NCBI GenBank assembly: GCA_020137815.1 | Contig: CM035350.1 | Location: 6,882,001 to 6,946,000, forward strand | Source of the DNA: Hormiphora californensis | Taxonomy: Eukaryota > Animalia > Ctenophora | Reading direction: 5' to 3' | DNA: 64,000 bases | Shown here: piece after piece, positions 48,636 through 60,774 of the stretch | How the letters are laid out: each line of letters starts with the position of its first letter | Position numbering within the stretch: the stretch's first letter is position 1 | Made by a program: the position numbers and the translations under genes | Notes under the pieces: generated by a model | Databases searched by the model: none | What the model was told of the DNA's origin: nothing | Seen by the model: the letters and a program-made list of their open reading frames with translations, nothing else

Positions 48636-50177
48636 AGGGGAGAGAAAGAGACCGAGAAAAGTAAAATTAAGAAGAAAGATTTGATAGAGAGAGAGAGGGT
48701 TAAAAAGACCAAAAGGGCGGGGACAACCTATTGAATAATTTTTGTTAGAAAGGGAAAAAGGGAGTTGGGAAAGATAAGTTTTGTAAATTTAGCAAATGAG
48801 TCCATGTAACATATATACCACTACGTTTCCTCTGCCTCCACGATCATTGCTGGATAGTTTGCCAGTCGCTCCAACCAACCAGATAGTTTGCCCTCATTAG
48901 ACATCTTCAAGTGGTCCTCTCTGCCCTAACATCAGCACTTTTTTAGTTGTAATTACTTATAAAACCAATATTATTCATATTTATATTAAGTTTCCGACGC
49001 ACAAATAAAAACTCGCACGCCACCTAGGGGGGTGACAACCTCAAAAAATCGGACTTTACACTTTTTTCGATTTACTAGGAGTTTTAAGCATTTTTCAGCA
49101 GCCAACGTTATAAAGAATCATAAGTTTCCAAAATCCTGTTTTGAGTCCCCATGTTTTGATACAATGAAAGGGGTTTATTTAGGACTGACGACTCGGAAAA
49201 TTTATTTCAGGAAAGATAATACGGGACGGTTTCGACGTTTAAACGTCACATAAAGCTATAAATAAAAAGAAATGTTAGTTAATAATCACTCAATAAACTA
49301 TACTACTCACTTTCTCACATCACCCCAAACCTCTCTCCTCTCTCCTCTTCTATTCGGTCGCTTATTCTCACACGTGAACTACAATTATAAACTGTACAAT
49401 ATACTCACAATCAGAGCAGAAAAGATTGTACTAGTTCACACTCGTCTTTGTTTTTTTAGCTCTGGTTTTAAACTTTTTATATAGCTAGCTTCAATAATCT
49501 TGCGTTTGATGGTATTCGTGGTAACCGCTTGCCAATATCACTCGAGTTTCAGGGAAGGTAGTATTCCTTTGTGTTTCTCTAGATAATGACAGGCGATACC
49601 ATTACTTGGGTGTTTGTGGTGTAGTAGCGCTTTTGTTTTTCGAGAAAACGGTCATGAAAGGTGTATGCCCCCAAATAAACACCACATATACAACACGTGA
49701 TGTTATACACAACACCCTTCCCCTCAGTCATATTTACCCGACTACAAGGACAACATACTTAGTTACGTTAAAACGGGGGCGGTCATGGGGGGCGAAACTA
49801 CAAAATAGTTGATGTAGTTTCTTGCCAGGTGTTAGAACAAGACGGACAGGTAGGCCTGATGTGCGGATATATGAGTTGATGTGATCTGTAAATGAATCGC
49901 TAATATACGGTAGAGTGATAGTACAAGTGCTGGTGTATTTTGGGTATGTGAGGTGGTACTTACTTTACTGGAACGAATAGTGCGGGGGTTGGTGGTATCC
50001 ATTGTTCTCTAACAGTTTGTCAACTTTCTGGCGAGATTCTTCCGCATACTCTTCTGTTGAGGAGCATGTCTCGGCGGTCTGGTAGAACTGCTTGATTGTC
50101 TGGATCTTAGTGGTGGTGGGGTGGTGACTCTTGTCATGGAGAGTTATCGGCTTCTTTTGAGGTTTTCTGTAGTACTT

Positions 50178-53100
50178 TTCAACACTACTTTAAACAAATT
50201 AATTTGAGTTTGCCGTCAATCGTTCCGAAACTGTGTTAGCATCTATTCTCTACTTTAGATCTTGTTGGCCCTACTTTAATTTAACTTAAGTGTATCTGTG
50301 AAGAGTTTTTTTTGGGCCCGGCGTGCCCCGGGTGTTTTAGGATGACCGTTACGAAATTAAAGACTATTTCACAAGAGTGATTTGAAGACGTGTTATAGGG
50401 AAGTTTACAATGATTTAAAAGGGTGTGATTTGTTAGTGGCCTTAAGGGGTGCCTTTTGTCCTCGCCGTCCAAAAACCTCGTTTTCCTTCTAAAGCCTGTA
50501 CATATGCTTCCGGCTCGGCACCGTTTTCTTTCCTGGAGAAAAATGACCTGAAGGGTCGTTTTGCAAACTGACCAAGTCGGGTTTTTCGACTTTCTGTTTT
50601 GGTAAAGCCTATGGGAAGGAAAAATATTGTTGGTGGTGCCCAGAAAACCGGGTTTTACACCTACATGAAACACTACTGATATTACAATTTGGCATAAATT
50701 AGGAAGGAGGGTCAGGATTCTTGCTAAGAAGTGGAGTAGCAAACCCAAGTGGAAATTTCTTTTAAACTCGGTGGTGAACCCAAAGGGGAACTACCAACCC
50801 GGCTGTATTTCCCTAAGAGGACCAATGAGGAACGGAGAAAGTTTTGACTCCTCTTGCCGGACTTTTCGTGTCTCTTCTCAGAGGAGGCCAAGAAGCTTGA
50901 ACAAAGGTGACATTAATGATTTGAACCCTGATCTCTGGAAAGGAGACTTCCTGGCACGATTTGGCAAAAATGAGGTATCAGGAAGCTTTACATGAGGAAG
51001 AAGCAAAAGTGGTGTTTGTGATGAAAAGCAGGTATGCATGATCAGAGGGCTCCGAGATCCGGAGGTTTTTGTCTAACAACGGTGATCCCTAAACTAGGTC
51101 TTCGACAACTTTTTTGTAAAAGAACGGTATCATGTATTCATGTATCACTGCCCGGATAGGACTATAGCACCCGATTACTGTCCACGAAGGAAAATCCGAA
51201 ATTGCTTTGTGCGGAAACACCCGAAAAAGGGGTTTTAAGCAAAAAGAACAATGAAAGGGTAAATGAAGTGTGTAAACGTGCGGCTGGGGATAAAAGGGGG
51301 ATAAGAAGTATTAGACCCATACTGCTTCTAGTATTTGTCCCCCCGTACATCAATGAACGAGAGGCTGATAGAGGACTTCGTGTAAGAAAGGGAAAAAAAA
51401 AACCGTACTGGACGAGGCCCCAAGGGGAGCTCCGGAAAAGATTTTGGAAGAGGGGGACTTAAATTCCGCTTCTAGTCAACAAAACTGGAGGTGTTTTTCA
51501 CATCTGGAAGACGCGGATGTGAATTGTCCATACGGAAACTTTTTTAAAGCCCACTGACACGGGGAAACTCCAGGAAATCGGAAAGGAGGGATATTTTCTC
51601 TTTCCCCAGAGAACGGGGGGTGGGGGATGGGAATTCTTTTTTCGAAGGGTATAGTTCTTCGGCAGTGTCCGGTAAAGACCAGTAAAAGTCTTTCAAGTTC
51701 AAAAAGTTCTCTCATGACGGGGACCAAACCAAAGAAAAATCTAAAAATTTTACCCCCCCCCCTACACAAAATCAAGACTTCGGAGGCTATTTTTCCTACA
51801 AGTTTGGTGACTCCCTCTCTGAGCTTGTTATAAAGCAAGGTACTCCGATTATTGCTGGGCCCCAAATTTTTCCGGGGTGCAAGTGAAACAATTCTTTTCA
51901 AGGAAAATTTTGGAGCCCCTGATTCGTTTGACCTTCAACAAAGGGTACCACTTTTCCCCTACTCATAGGCATGGGGGAAACCCTTTGGATCGGTGTAACT
52001 ACGAGAGAAACGCTCTGGAGACATATCCATTTTCCAAATGGGTACTACTTCAGTCATTTCCTGGTGGGGTTTTTGGGTTCATAAACCCTGACCTTTTAAC
52101 CCCCGTCTGAAAAAATCGGGGTTTTTCGAAATATGTGGAACAAAAATGGTTTGGAGGGATTTAAAGGGGACTTGAGGAAAGCAGTTTTTGAGGAAGGGGG
52201 GTCCAGGGAGGGGTTGTGAATTCTACTTTGGTGGAAGGAAAGGGGGAAAAAAGCGAGTACCGGGAAAGGGGTGAGGAGGGGGAAAAAATTTAAGCCTGGG
52301 GATGGGGAACTTAGAGGTGCTCGTGAGAGGAGGACTGAAAGAACGTATGGCAAAAAAAATATGGGACTGAGGTTTAAAACGGAAAATTTAACGATCTGAA
52401 AAACTTATGGAAATATGGATAAAAAAAAAGAGGTCACTTTCATCAAAGAGGATTTGGATCATCAAAGGAGTCCGAAAAAACTACAAAAAAAAGCTCCAGA
52501 AACTCCGGGAAAGGTGAAATTTTCCCTAAAAACTAGCCTAAGAGTTTGGCGGATGATTCTCACAGGGTTTTTTGTTCTAAATTACAAAAATTTGGAAACA
52601 AAATTAACGAAGAAACAAACAATGGTGACTTTTAGGAACCGGAAAATTGTCATGCAAGTGGAAGGAATTCGAGAGGTATTGAAGAGGAACTTGTTTCAAT
52701 TGTAAGTCTTGTCAAGTAAACTTGTGACCCTTTACCCCTTTTCCCACTTGGTAGTGAAGGAGTGTAACGGGGGCCTTGCTCCCGTATTGACCCTGAAGTC
52801 AAAAAACTCTCTCAGCATCGCTAGCAGAAACTCTCCAGAAGGCGACGTGTTTTTCCCACTATTTAAAATATCTAGGGACGGGAAGCTCTCAGTAAATATG
52901 GCCCGTTTCGAACTCCCATTTCTTTCTAAACTTTTAGAAGGGAGTTCTCCCGCACTTTTTAATGACTACCGGATAGCAATTCTCTTTTGGGCAAGCATCA
53001 ATCCGGTTTTACCGGGTTGGGGCCCGTTGCGAAATCTGTTTGCACAGTTTTTGATTTTTATAGGGAGATGGAAAGGAAAGTAATAGCTTTATTTTTTTGG

Positions 53101-54585
53101 ACATGAGCGCTGCGTTTTACCGGGATCACGGAAAGTTTGTTGGAGGGTTGCAGGGAAACGGTTCGGGTGGATGTGACTCTTCAATGGTTTTAAAAAGGGT
53201 ACCTAGTTCTAGATCATTCAGATTCCCGTCGGGATTGTCTCTCGGATCCCTGGCCTTACTATTTTAGTACCCCGGGGCCCCCCTTGGTCCAATTTGTTTC
53301 TACTTTTTAAGCTGTGCAAAATATTTTGGAACCTTATGGTCTTCGGATAAACTATAGCGGGGACTCCCCGCTCTAGTAGTCGGTCCCCACGGATTCTTTT
53401 TGGCTGGGCTGAGGAAGGGGATTGAGGGGGGTTTTGGGGAGGGGAAAAAGGTGGATGTAGGACAGTGGTTAAAATTGCAACAGGGAAGACAAATTCATCC
53501 CCTTTTGGAAAAACGCAGTTCGTTAAGTAAAGTCTCTTTGATCCAGTCAACCCGGGGGAAGGAAATTTTTTCCCAGGGAAAGCATTTGGGGGGAAAAATG
53601 GTAAAACCCCGGAATTTTTCTTTGGGTCACAATTTAAAAATCGAAACGTCAGGTTAAAAAGTAAAAAAACAGTTGGACGGTATTACGGAAAAATTTGGGA
53701 ACTAAAAAATGTTTTGATGGGCCAACAAAGATAAGTTGGCAAAAAATTGACTTTCGAATTGACACGTAACTTCTGTATTTGGGACTTTCCGGCCCAGTTT
53801 TTCGGGGTCCAAAACTCCCTTAAGCCTGTGTTCGCTTATTTCAAAATCCAGGGCCCAGAGGATTACATGGAAAACTTCAGGAAGTTCATTTTTCCGATCT
53901 CCTACAGGCGGACTTAAACCTGTCTAACGCCCACAAAATGTTATGGAAAAACACCCCGTTACCTCCAGGAAATGGTGCCACTTTATGACAGTTTTGGGGG
54001 GCTCTCCAGGCAACAAAGGGTACTAATGTTACGACCGTACAGATTGAAACACCCCAAAATACCCGTATCAACGCCAACTCTAAATTTTAGACCAGGAATA
54101 TCGGGTTTTTTTACCTAAGTTTTGGAAAGGGCTACCCCTTTAGCTTAGGTCATCCCCAACGTTGAAACCTTTAAAGGGCCCCCCTGAAAAAGACTCCTCT
54201 TTTGGTCATTTGAGTGGGGGAGGGGAACCCCATGACGAGTTTAATGTTTGTTTTGTAGTTTTGTGGGGCCTGCGGGCAATCGTGTATCCCCTCTCGATCA
54301 TGTTATTGAAACACTACCTTTCCTTTTTTTTAAAAGGTGTAAGTAAAGTGTGTTTAATTTATAGCTACAGGTTTATGGGACCAGTTTATCCTTCAGTTTT
54401 ATATGTCCAGTTAATTTAGTCTTACAATATATTGTTCTTTTTCAACCAGAGTGTTCGTGTGTGTCATATATTTAATCGAGGATATACCGCTCTGATGACT
54501 CGACGGAGCATCGCCAATATTTTGACATGTTTCCGTCGGGTATGGGCGGTATACAAGCGCGGAATATTATTATTATTATTATTAT
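50178..54585 (+). mobile_element. Degenerate RTE-like non-LTR retrotransposon nested in the Penelope inverted arm
   Basis: Splits the arm with TACTT on both sides (50173-50177 and 54586-54590); (TAT)n 3' tail. Remnant motifs in the expected order: GDFLARFG (APE GDFNARVG-like), DRCNYERNAL (DCNNYRGISL-like), VKECNGGLAPVL (GVKQGCVLAP-like). Sequence is very noisy. Confidence 0.6.
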
Positions 54586-55023
54586 TACTTGTGGTGTACT
54601 ACTCCCTCGTTATCTACCATTATCTCCGCATCTAGGAAGGGGGTCCAAGTTCCGGGGGAGGGGAAGTCTACCTCCCATTTGAGAAGCTGGTCCTGGTCCT
54701 GCTGTGCAATAGAGTTCACCATTCGTTCCGCGTCCTCTTCTGTCCGAGCAAAACTTCCAGCGTCATCCACATACCTGCCATAGAAAGTAAGGTGAAGGTC
54801 CACGTAGATAGATTTCCTCTCGAACAGGTAGACTCGGGCAATGGCAGCGAGAGGTGAGGGTTTACAACCCATAAACAATCCAACACGTTGTCGATATAAT
54901 CTTCTGTTGTAGGTGAAGAAAGAGTTGTCTAGGACGTGCTCTAATAACGTGTAAAGATCTCCTATATCCATGCCCCAAGTATTCAAATGGTCCCAGTGCT
55001 CCTTGGCCAATTCCATGAGGGAT

Positions 55024-57405
55024 GATTATATCAAGTTCTCTACCAAAGAGCGACTGCAACGGAAGTACCACCAACTGCACGCAGAACAACGACCACCACC
55101 ACCACCACCCCTGATCCCTGAGGAGAGAGGACTCCTCGAACCTCGGGAGAAGGTGTCTGCCATCGGTGTCGATCTGAACGAAGCAGAGGCGTCCCTCCTT
55201 GCACTAGGCCCCAACTTTGCTCTAGCCCCGAAAATTACTGAGGAGCTAGTTCAAGACATAACTACGCAAGTGGCCCAGACAGCTTATAAGGTGCGTTGGA
55301 TGGAGCACATATCAACAACAGACAGCTGCCCAACCTTGTTGGAGCACGTCAAACGTGCCGCTCCATTCCAACGTCCTTTTGCCACCCCACCACCCTCCTC
55401 CAACTCTGACCTGGATCACAAACTCCGCCAACTGGAGCACGTGATACTAGCCAGGTTGAAGAACACCAAGACTTCATCCAACCTCACCCCAGAACAACGG
55501 GAGGGATTGAAGTCACTGCTGAAACGTCGTGATGAACTGCATTTCTCACGCTCTGATAAAGGGGGAGAATTTGTGGTTCTGAACAAGATCGTCCAACAGC
55601 AGATTACTCAGAACCACCTTGACAACAACACCAGCCAAGGGGTTTATGAGTACCAACCACCAGTGAGAACAACCCAGAATAGAGGAACACAACCAGTCGC
55701 CAAGCCGACTGAGGCAACGTTTCTCAGACAGATAAAGTCTAAAACTAAGACATTAGAAACAGCATCAAACAATTTATGGACTTACGTAGCAGAGTTGAAT
55801 AATCTAGACAGCAAGCTAATTAATTTATTTAAATGTCATAACAGTCAGTTACCCACCCTCTATGTTCTACAGAAAACACATAAGTTTGATTGTAACAGTT
55901 TGAATATTTGTCAAGATATATGTCAGGATGTTTTAAATGTACAAATTGTAAATACATGTAAAGTAAGACCGATCGTTAGTTGTTGTAATTCACCGACCGA
56001 GAAATTAGCTTGGGTCGCCACGAACATTCTCACACCTGTCCTTAATTTTATACCGTCCCATTTACAGAATATTCACTCTCATTTAACCGAACTTCAGAGC
56101 ATTCCCGCTGACCAACTACAAGGTTTCCAGTTCTTTACTGCCGATGTCTGCTCGTTATACACTAACATCAGCATCAAAGGAAGTGTGGAATCCCTCATGG
56201 AATTGGCCAAGGAGCACTGGGACCATTTGAATACTTGGGGCATGGATATAGGAGACCTTTACACGTTATTAGAGCACGTCCTAGACAACTCTTTCTTCAC
56301 CTACAACAGAAGATTATATCGACAACGTGTTGGATTGTTTATGGGTTGTAAACCCTCACCTCTCGCTGCCATTGCCCGAGTCTACCTGTTCGAGAGGAAA
56401 TCTATCTACGTGGACCTTCACCTTACTTTCTATGGGAGGTATGTGGATGACGCTGGAAGTTTTGCTCGGACAGAAGAGGACGCGGAACGAATGGTGAACT
56501 CTATTGCACAGCAGGACCAGGACCAGCTTCTCAAATGGGAGGTAGACTTCCCCTCCCCCGGAACTTGGACCCCCTTCCTAGATGCGGAGATAATGGTAGA
56601 TAACGAGGGAGTAGTACACCACAAGTACTACAGAAAACCTCAAAAGAAGCCGATAACTCTCCATGACAAGAGTCACCACCCCACCACCACTAAGATCCAG
56701 ACAATCAAGCAGTTCTACCAGACCGCCGAGACATGCTCCTCAACAGAAGAGTATGCGGAAGAATCTCGCCAGAAAGTTGACAAACTGTTAGAGAACAATG
56801 GATACCCCAACCCCCGCACTATTCGTTCCAGTAAAGTAAGTACCACCTCACATACCCAAAATACACCCAGCACTTGTACTATCACTCTACCGTATATTAG
56901 CGATTCATTTACAGATCACATCAACTCATATATCCGCACATCAGGCCTACCTGTCCGTCTTGTTCTAACACCTGGCAAGAAACTACATCAACTATTTTGT
57001 AGTTCTCGCCCCCATGACCGCCCTGTTTGTAACGTAACTAATTGTATTGTCTGTCCTTGTATGTCGGGTAAATATGACTGTAGCGTGAAGGGTGTTGTGT
57101 ATAACATCACGTGTTGTATATGTGGTGATTTCTATGTTGGGGAGACATCACGACCTATTCATGACCGTTTTCTCGAACACAGACAAGCCGCTACTACACC
57201 ACACAAACACCCAAGTAATGGTATCGCCTGTCATTATCTAGAGAAACACAAAGGAATACTACCTTCCCTGAAACTCGAGATATTGGCAAGCGGTACCACG
57301 AATACCATCAAACGCAAGATTATTGAAGCTAGCTATATCAAAAGATTAAAACCAGAGCTAAATAACAAAGACGAGTGTGAACTAGTACAATCTTTTCTGC
57401 TCTGA
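55024..57405 (+). CDS. Penelope-like reverse transcriptase plus GIY-YIG endonuclease, 5'-truncated, uninterrupted frame
   Basis: LALGPNFA, SDKGGEFVVL, KTHK...RPIVS, ADVCSLYTNI, GLFMG, RYVDD, PFLD, YRKP, Cys linker CNVTNCIVCPC, GVVYNITCCICGDFYVGET...RFLEH...EASYIKRLKPELN. Confidence 0.95.
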   Translation, partial: DYIKFSTKERLQRKYHQLHAEQRPPPPPPLIPEERGLLEPREKVSAIGVDLNEAEASLLALGPNFALAPKITEELVQDITTQVAQTAYKVRWMEHISTTDSCPTLLEHVKRAAPFQRPFATPPPSSNSDLDHKLRQLEHVILARLKNTKTSSNLTPEQREGLKSLLKRRDELHFSRSDKGGEFVVLNKIVQQQITQNHLDNNTSQGVYEYQPPVRTTQNRGTQPVAKPTEATFLRQIKSKTKTLETASNNLWTYVAELNNLDSKLINLFKCHNSQLPTLYVLQKTHKFDCNSLNICQDICQDVLNVQIVNTCKVRPIVSCCNSPTEKLAWVATNILTPVLNFIPSHLQNIHSHLTELQSIPADQLQGFQFFTADVCSLYTNISIKGSVESLMELAKEHWDHLNTWGMDIGDLYTLLEHVLDNSFFTYNRRLYRQRVGLFMGCKPSPLAAIARVYLFERKSIYVDLHLTFYGRYVDDAGSFARTEEDAERMVNSIAQQDQDQLLKWEVDFPSPGTWTPFLDAEIMVDNEGVVHHKYYRKPQKKPITLHDKSHHPTTTKIQTIKQFYQTAETCSSTEEYAEESRQKVDKLLENNGYPNPRTIRSSKVSTTSHTQNTPSTCTITLPYISDSFTDHINSYIRTSGLPVRLVLTPGKKLHQLFCSSRPHDRPVCNVTNCIVCPCMSGKYDCSVKGVVYNITCCICGDFYVGETSRPIHDRFLEHRQAATTPHKHPSNGIACHYLEKHKGILPSLKLEILASGTTNTIKRKIIEASYIKRLKPELNNKDECELVQSFLL

Positions 57406-57568
57406 TTGTGACGTATATTGTACAGATATAATTGTAGTTCCGTGTGAGAATAAGCGACCGAATGAGAGAGAGGGAGAGAGAGAAGGTGTGAGTATGTGAG
57501 AAAGTGAGTAGTATAGTTCTTATTGATATTTAAGTAATTGAGTGATTTATTAACTAACATTTCTTTTC

Positions 57569-57660
57569 TATTTATAGCTGATGATGACGTTAAACGTCGA
57601 AACCGTCCCGTATTATCTTTCCTGAAATAAATCTCCGAGTCGTCTACAGTCCTAAATAAA
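57569..57660 (+). ncRNA. Putative type I hammerhead ribozyme in the Penelope 3' region
   Basis: CTGATGA (57578-84), stem II GACGT-taa-ACGTC, GAAAC, candidate GTC cleavage site (57649-51) and an imperfect stem I (tatttatag / ctaaata). Confidence 0.65.
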
Positions 57661-57989
57661 CACTATTTCATTGTATCAAAACGTTATAAAGAATTGGGGC
57701 GCAGCACTGGAAAGCGCCCTGTTTCGAATATTTTTCTACACGACAAAAAATCTGAAAAAATGCTCCTGATAAATAGAAAAAGTACGATAAACGAAAAGTT
57801 TTAGGTATCTTGTCAACCTTTATAAAGCTTTAATATACACTAGGGTTAATAGAAAATATTTCCAAACATGGACATTGGACTTTGTCACTGCATTTTCATT
57901 CATTCGTGTTCAGAAGACTTTATTTCTTCCCTTCATCTATTACTTTGTATCGTTCACATTGTGTTTTTCTCGGTTTTTCAAACCGCAGA

Positions 57990-59616
57990 GGGTAGCACCA
58001 GACATTACTTGGCAGGATAACTATTTCTCGTTACAAGAACACGGGGAAATCAATCTGAGAGGGGCAGTAGTTAACGGGTCTTATTGGTACCTATATATTC
58101 TTACAATCGTCCCTTTAGTTGTTCCTAGAATCTAGTTCAGAGCACTGCATTGGTCTGACAGCAGTTCTAGATAGTAGTCCACTACTACGAACAACAGTCT
58201 GAAGGGTATAATACTAGAATTGAGTGAACAATGGTAATGCTGTGAGTTTATTCAGAGTTGCATGTTGTATTCATACACTCAAATGACGCGGGGGTTTCCC
58301 TACAGTAGGTGTTTTCTCTTTTTTGGTATGGTACTTTAAAGGGTTTTAAAAAAGTGAGGTATCAATGAAGGATTGTTTTAGCGATGGAGAGAATAAGAGT
58401 GAAGAAGGCGAGGGGATGAAGGTAGAGATGGGATAGGGAGAAAGGAGAAGGGGGGAAAGAGAGAGCGGGGGGGCTCCTGGGGGGTTTTTTCCCCCCGGGG
58501 GCCCCCCGTCCCCCCGGGGGGAAAAAAAGGGCCTACTCCCGAGTGGTTCCCGATTGGGGGGGGGTCATGCAAAATTCAATTATCCCCCCCCCGCGCCCTT
58601 TGCTTTTTGGGAACCAAAGCTGTTAGGGAACCCAGAAATGACGTGTCGTACCTTGTGGCAGAGATACAGGCTCCCCCAGAAAAACAAGAGAAGAGGAGAG
58701 AGAAGAGAGGAGAGAGAGAGAGAAGAGAAGAGAGAGACAGAGGGGGAAAGAAGGGGAGAGAAGAGAGAGAAAAGAGGGGAGGGAGAGATGAGAGAGGAGA
58801 CCACACACAAGAAGACAGAAAGGGAGAGAGAGAACAAAACCAAAACCAGAGACAAAAACCCAAAGAGAGGGAGAAACTCGGTCAGTAAATCGTATGTTCT
58901 TTTAGTGTTGAGAAGGGGTGGGTTTTCTCCCCCCTTAAAAACAAATGTGTAGTTGATGGGTTTTTCTTTTTTGTTTCTTTGGGGGAAGGGGGTTTAAAAG
59001 GAAAAACCATATACTCTACGGCTTAACAGAATATAGAACTTGTATCGAGCTAAAATCGCTTGTTTTCTTGCTCTCCCTCGATTGCTTTCCTAGAACAGAC
59101 AACGCTTGTCTGCAGACGTCTAACTCCCCTTTACTTTGGAAATAGCATGCCAACATGAGCTACGTTGTAATCCCTTGTTATTAGAGAGAAATATACCTCC
59201 TTGCACAGTTCCCGGCCGGGGAGGGGATACCTCGCTAACAAGTTCTCTTCTACTATCGGTATTAGCTCTATTAGCAGCCTTGAGCGCAAGGTTCATTATA
59301 GGATTGAAATGTTTATAACGTTTATAAATAGACACGCCAAGTCAAATTAATCTGAGCGAGAGAGTGCGAGAAAAAGAGAGAAAAAGAGAGAAAGGAGAGA
59401 AAAGAGAGAGAAAAGGGAGAGAGGAACATGACCTCTTCTTCGGTAAAAATAAGGCTCTAAAAATGCGCTTCACAGTGTAGTTCTTAATTACACAGATGAA
59501 AAAACTAAAAATTCAGAGAAATAGAAAAACAAAGCATGTCTATGAAATGAAATAGATCAAGCCCTTCCTTTAGAATTTAGACGAACACTGTTTTCTGTCT
59601 CTATGCTGATGCCCCT

Positions 59617-59654
<38 letters not shown>

Positions 59655-60690
59655 CTCTCTCCTCTCTCCTCCCTCTCTCTCTCATCTCTCCTCTCTATCT
59701 CGCCCTCTCTCTTCTCTCTCTCTCTCTCTCTCTACTCTAATCTCTCTCTCTAACTTCTCCTCACTCTCTACTCCCTCCCTCCCCCTATCTCTATCCCTTT
59801 CTCACATACAGATGGTGTGTATTGATATGATTGCTCCTCCAACATCTTAGATTGGCTAAACCTCGTATGCTTCTGCCCCTTTCCAAGCTTTCTCTCTATA
59901 ACTGGCTAAACCTCGTCTGCTGTTTGTCCATTTCCAATCCATCTCTAAACATCTATTCTCTTCTCTTTATTATCATTCCCCCCACTTCTTTAAACCCCTC
60001 TACTTCTCTTAAACCATTCTCTACTTTCTCTTCCCATATTTGCAGCTGGGGTTATGATTGCCTCGTCGTTAGTCCTCTTCCCCATCTCTCTCTGTAAACG
60101 GTAGAGCTAAAACATTTGTCGTATCTCTTTCCTCTTTACTTCCTTTTACTTGAAGAGATCTGGATCTGTGTTCTGTGTGTATGTGCCTCGTGATTAGGTG
60201 AAATCTAAAATTACTGCCTAGACGACGGTGAGTGGGAAAGATTTATGATAGAGAGAGGACAGTATATAAAATGAGAATTGCAGAATGAGAATTGCAGACA
60301 GGCAACTACAAGAGATATAACTTCAAGAGAGGCTTGATCAGACCGGATGATCATTTATCTTCAATTTTGATTCTGTATGTTGAAACACGTTGAGAGAATT
60401 TATCAGAGTCTTGTAATCAGGTCCACTAAAAGTTACACACAACCTCATCAGATCCTGATTGTTATTGTTGTGGGATGTGACTGTCAAGTTGACAGGTGTC
60501 ACTTTTCTCTCTCATTCTCTCTCTCACTCTCTCCATCTCTCTCTCTTCGGGGGATAGGATCATCGTAATGATTTGTATTGTTATACATATTATAGATCGT
60601 ATTGTCAGTTACTACTTTATGAGGATGATAAAATGATAAATGATTGTTTAGAGGGGAAAGAGCATGACCTCCGAGAGAGGAAGAGAGAGA

Positions 60691-60774
<84 letters not shown>

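Larger units (their letters stand above)
49119..57679 (+). mobile_element. Composite Penelope-like element: inverted 3' arm (49119-50177 plus 54586-55023) and 5'-truncated main copy (55024-57679)
   Basis: The minus-strand pieces are the reverse complement of ~56190-57680. The whole structure is flanked by the 15-bp direct repeat AACGTTATAAAGAAT (49104-49118 and 57680-57694). Confidence 0.88.

Noticed and set aside
50281-54419. Many short ORFs as independent genes
   Set aside because: Homopolymer-inflated noisy sequence bounded by a target duplication and tail; better explained as one degraded LINE.
54490-54553. CTGATGA/ATGA stem-loop as a hammerhead or SECIS element
   Set aside because: No GAAA after the stem for a hammerhead, and no 3' GA to complete a SECIS quartet.
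54970-55023. N-terminus MPQVFKWSQCSLANSMR of the 811-aa ORF
   Set aside because: It is the antisense reading of the inverted arm, not the real PLE start.
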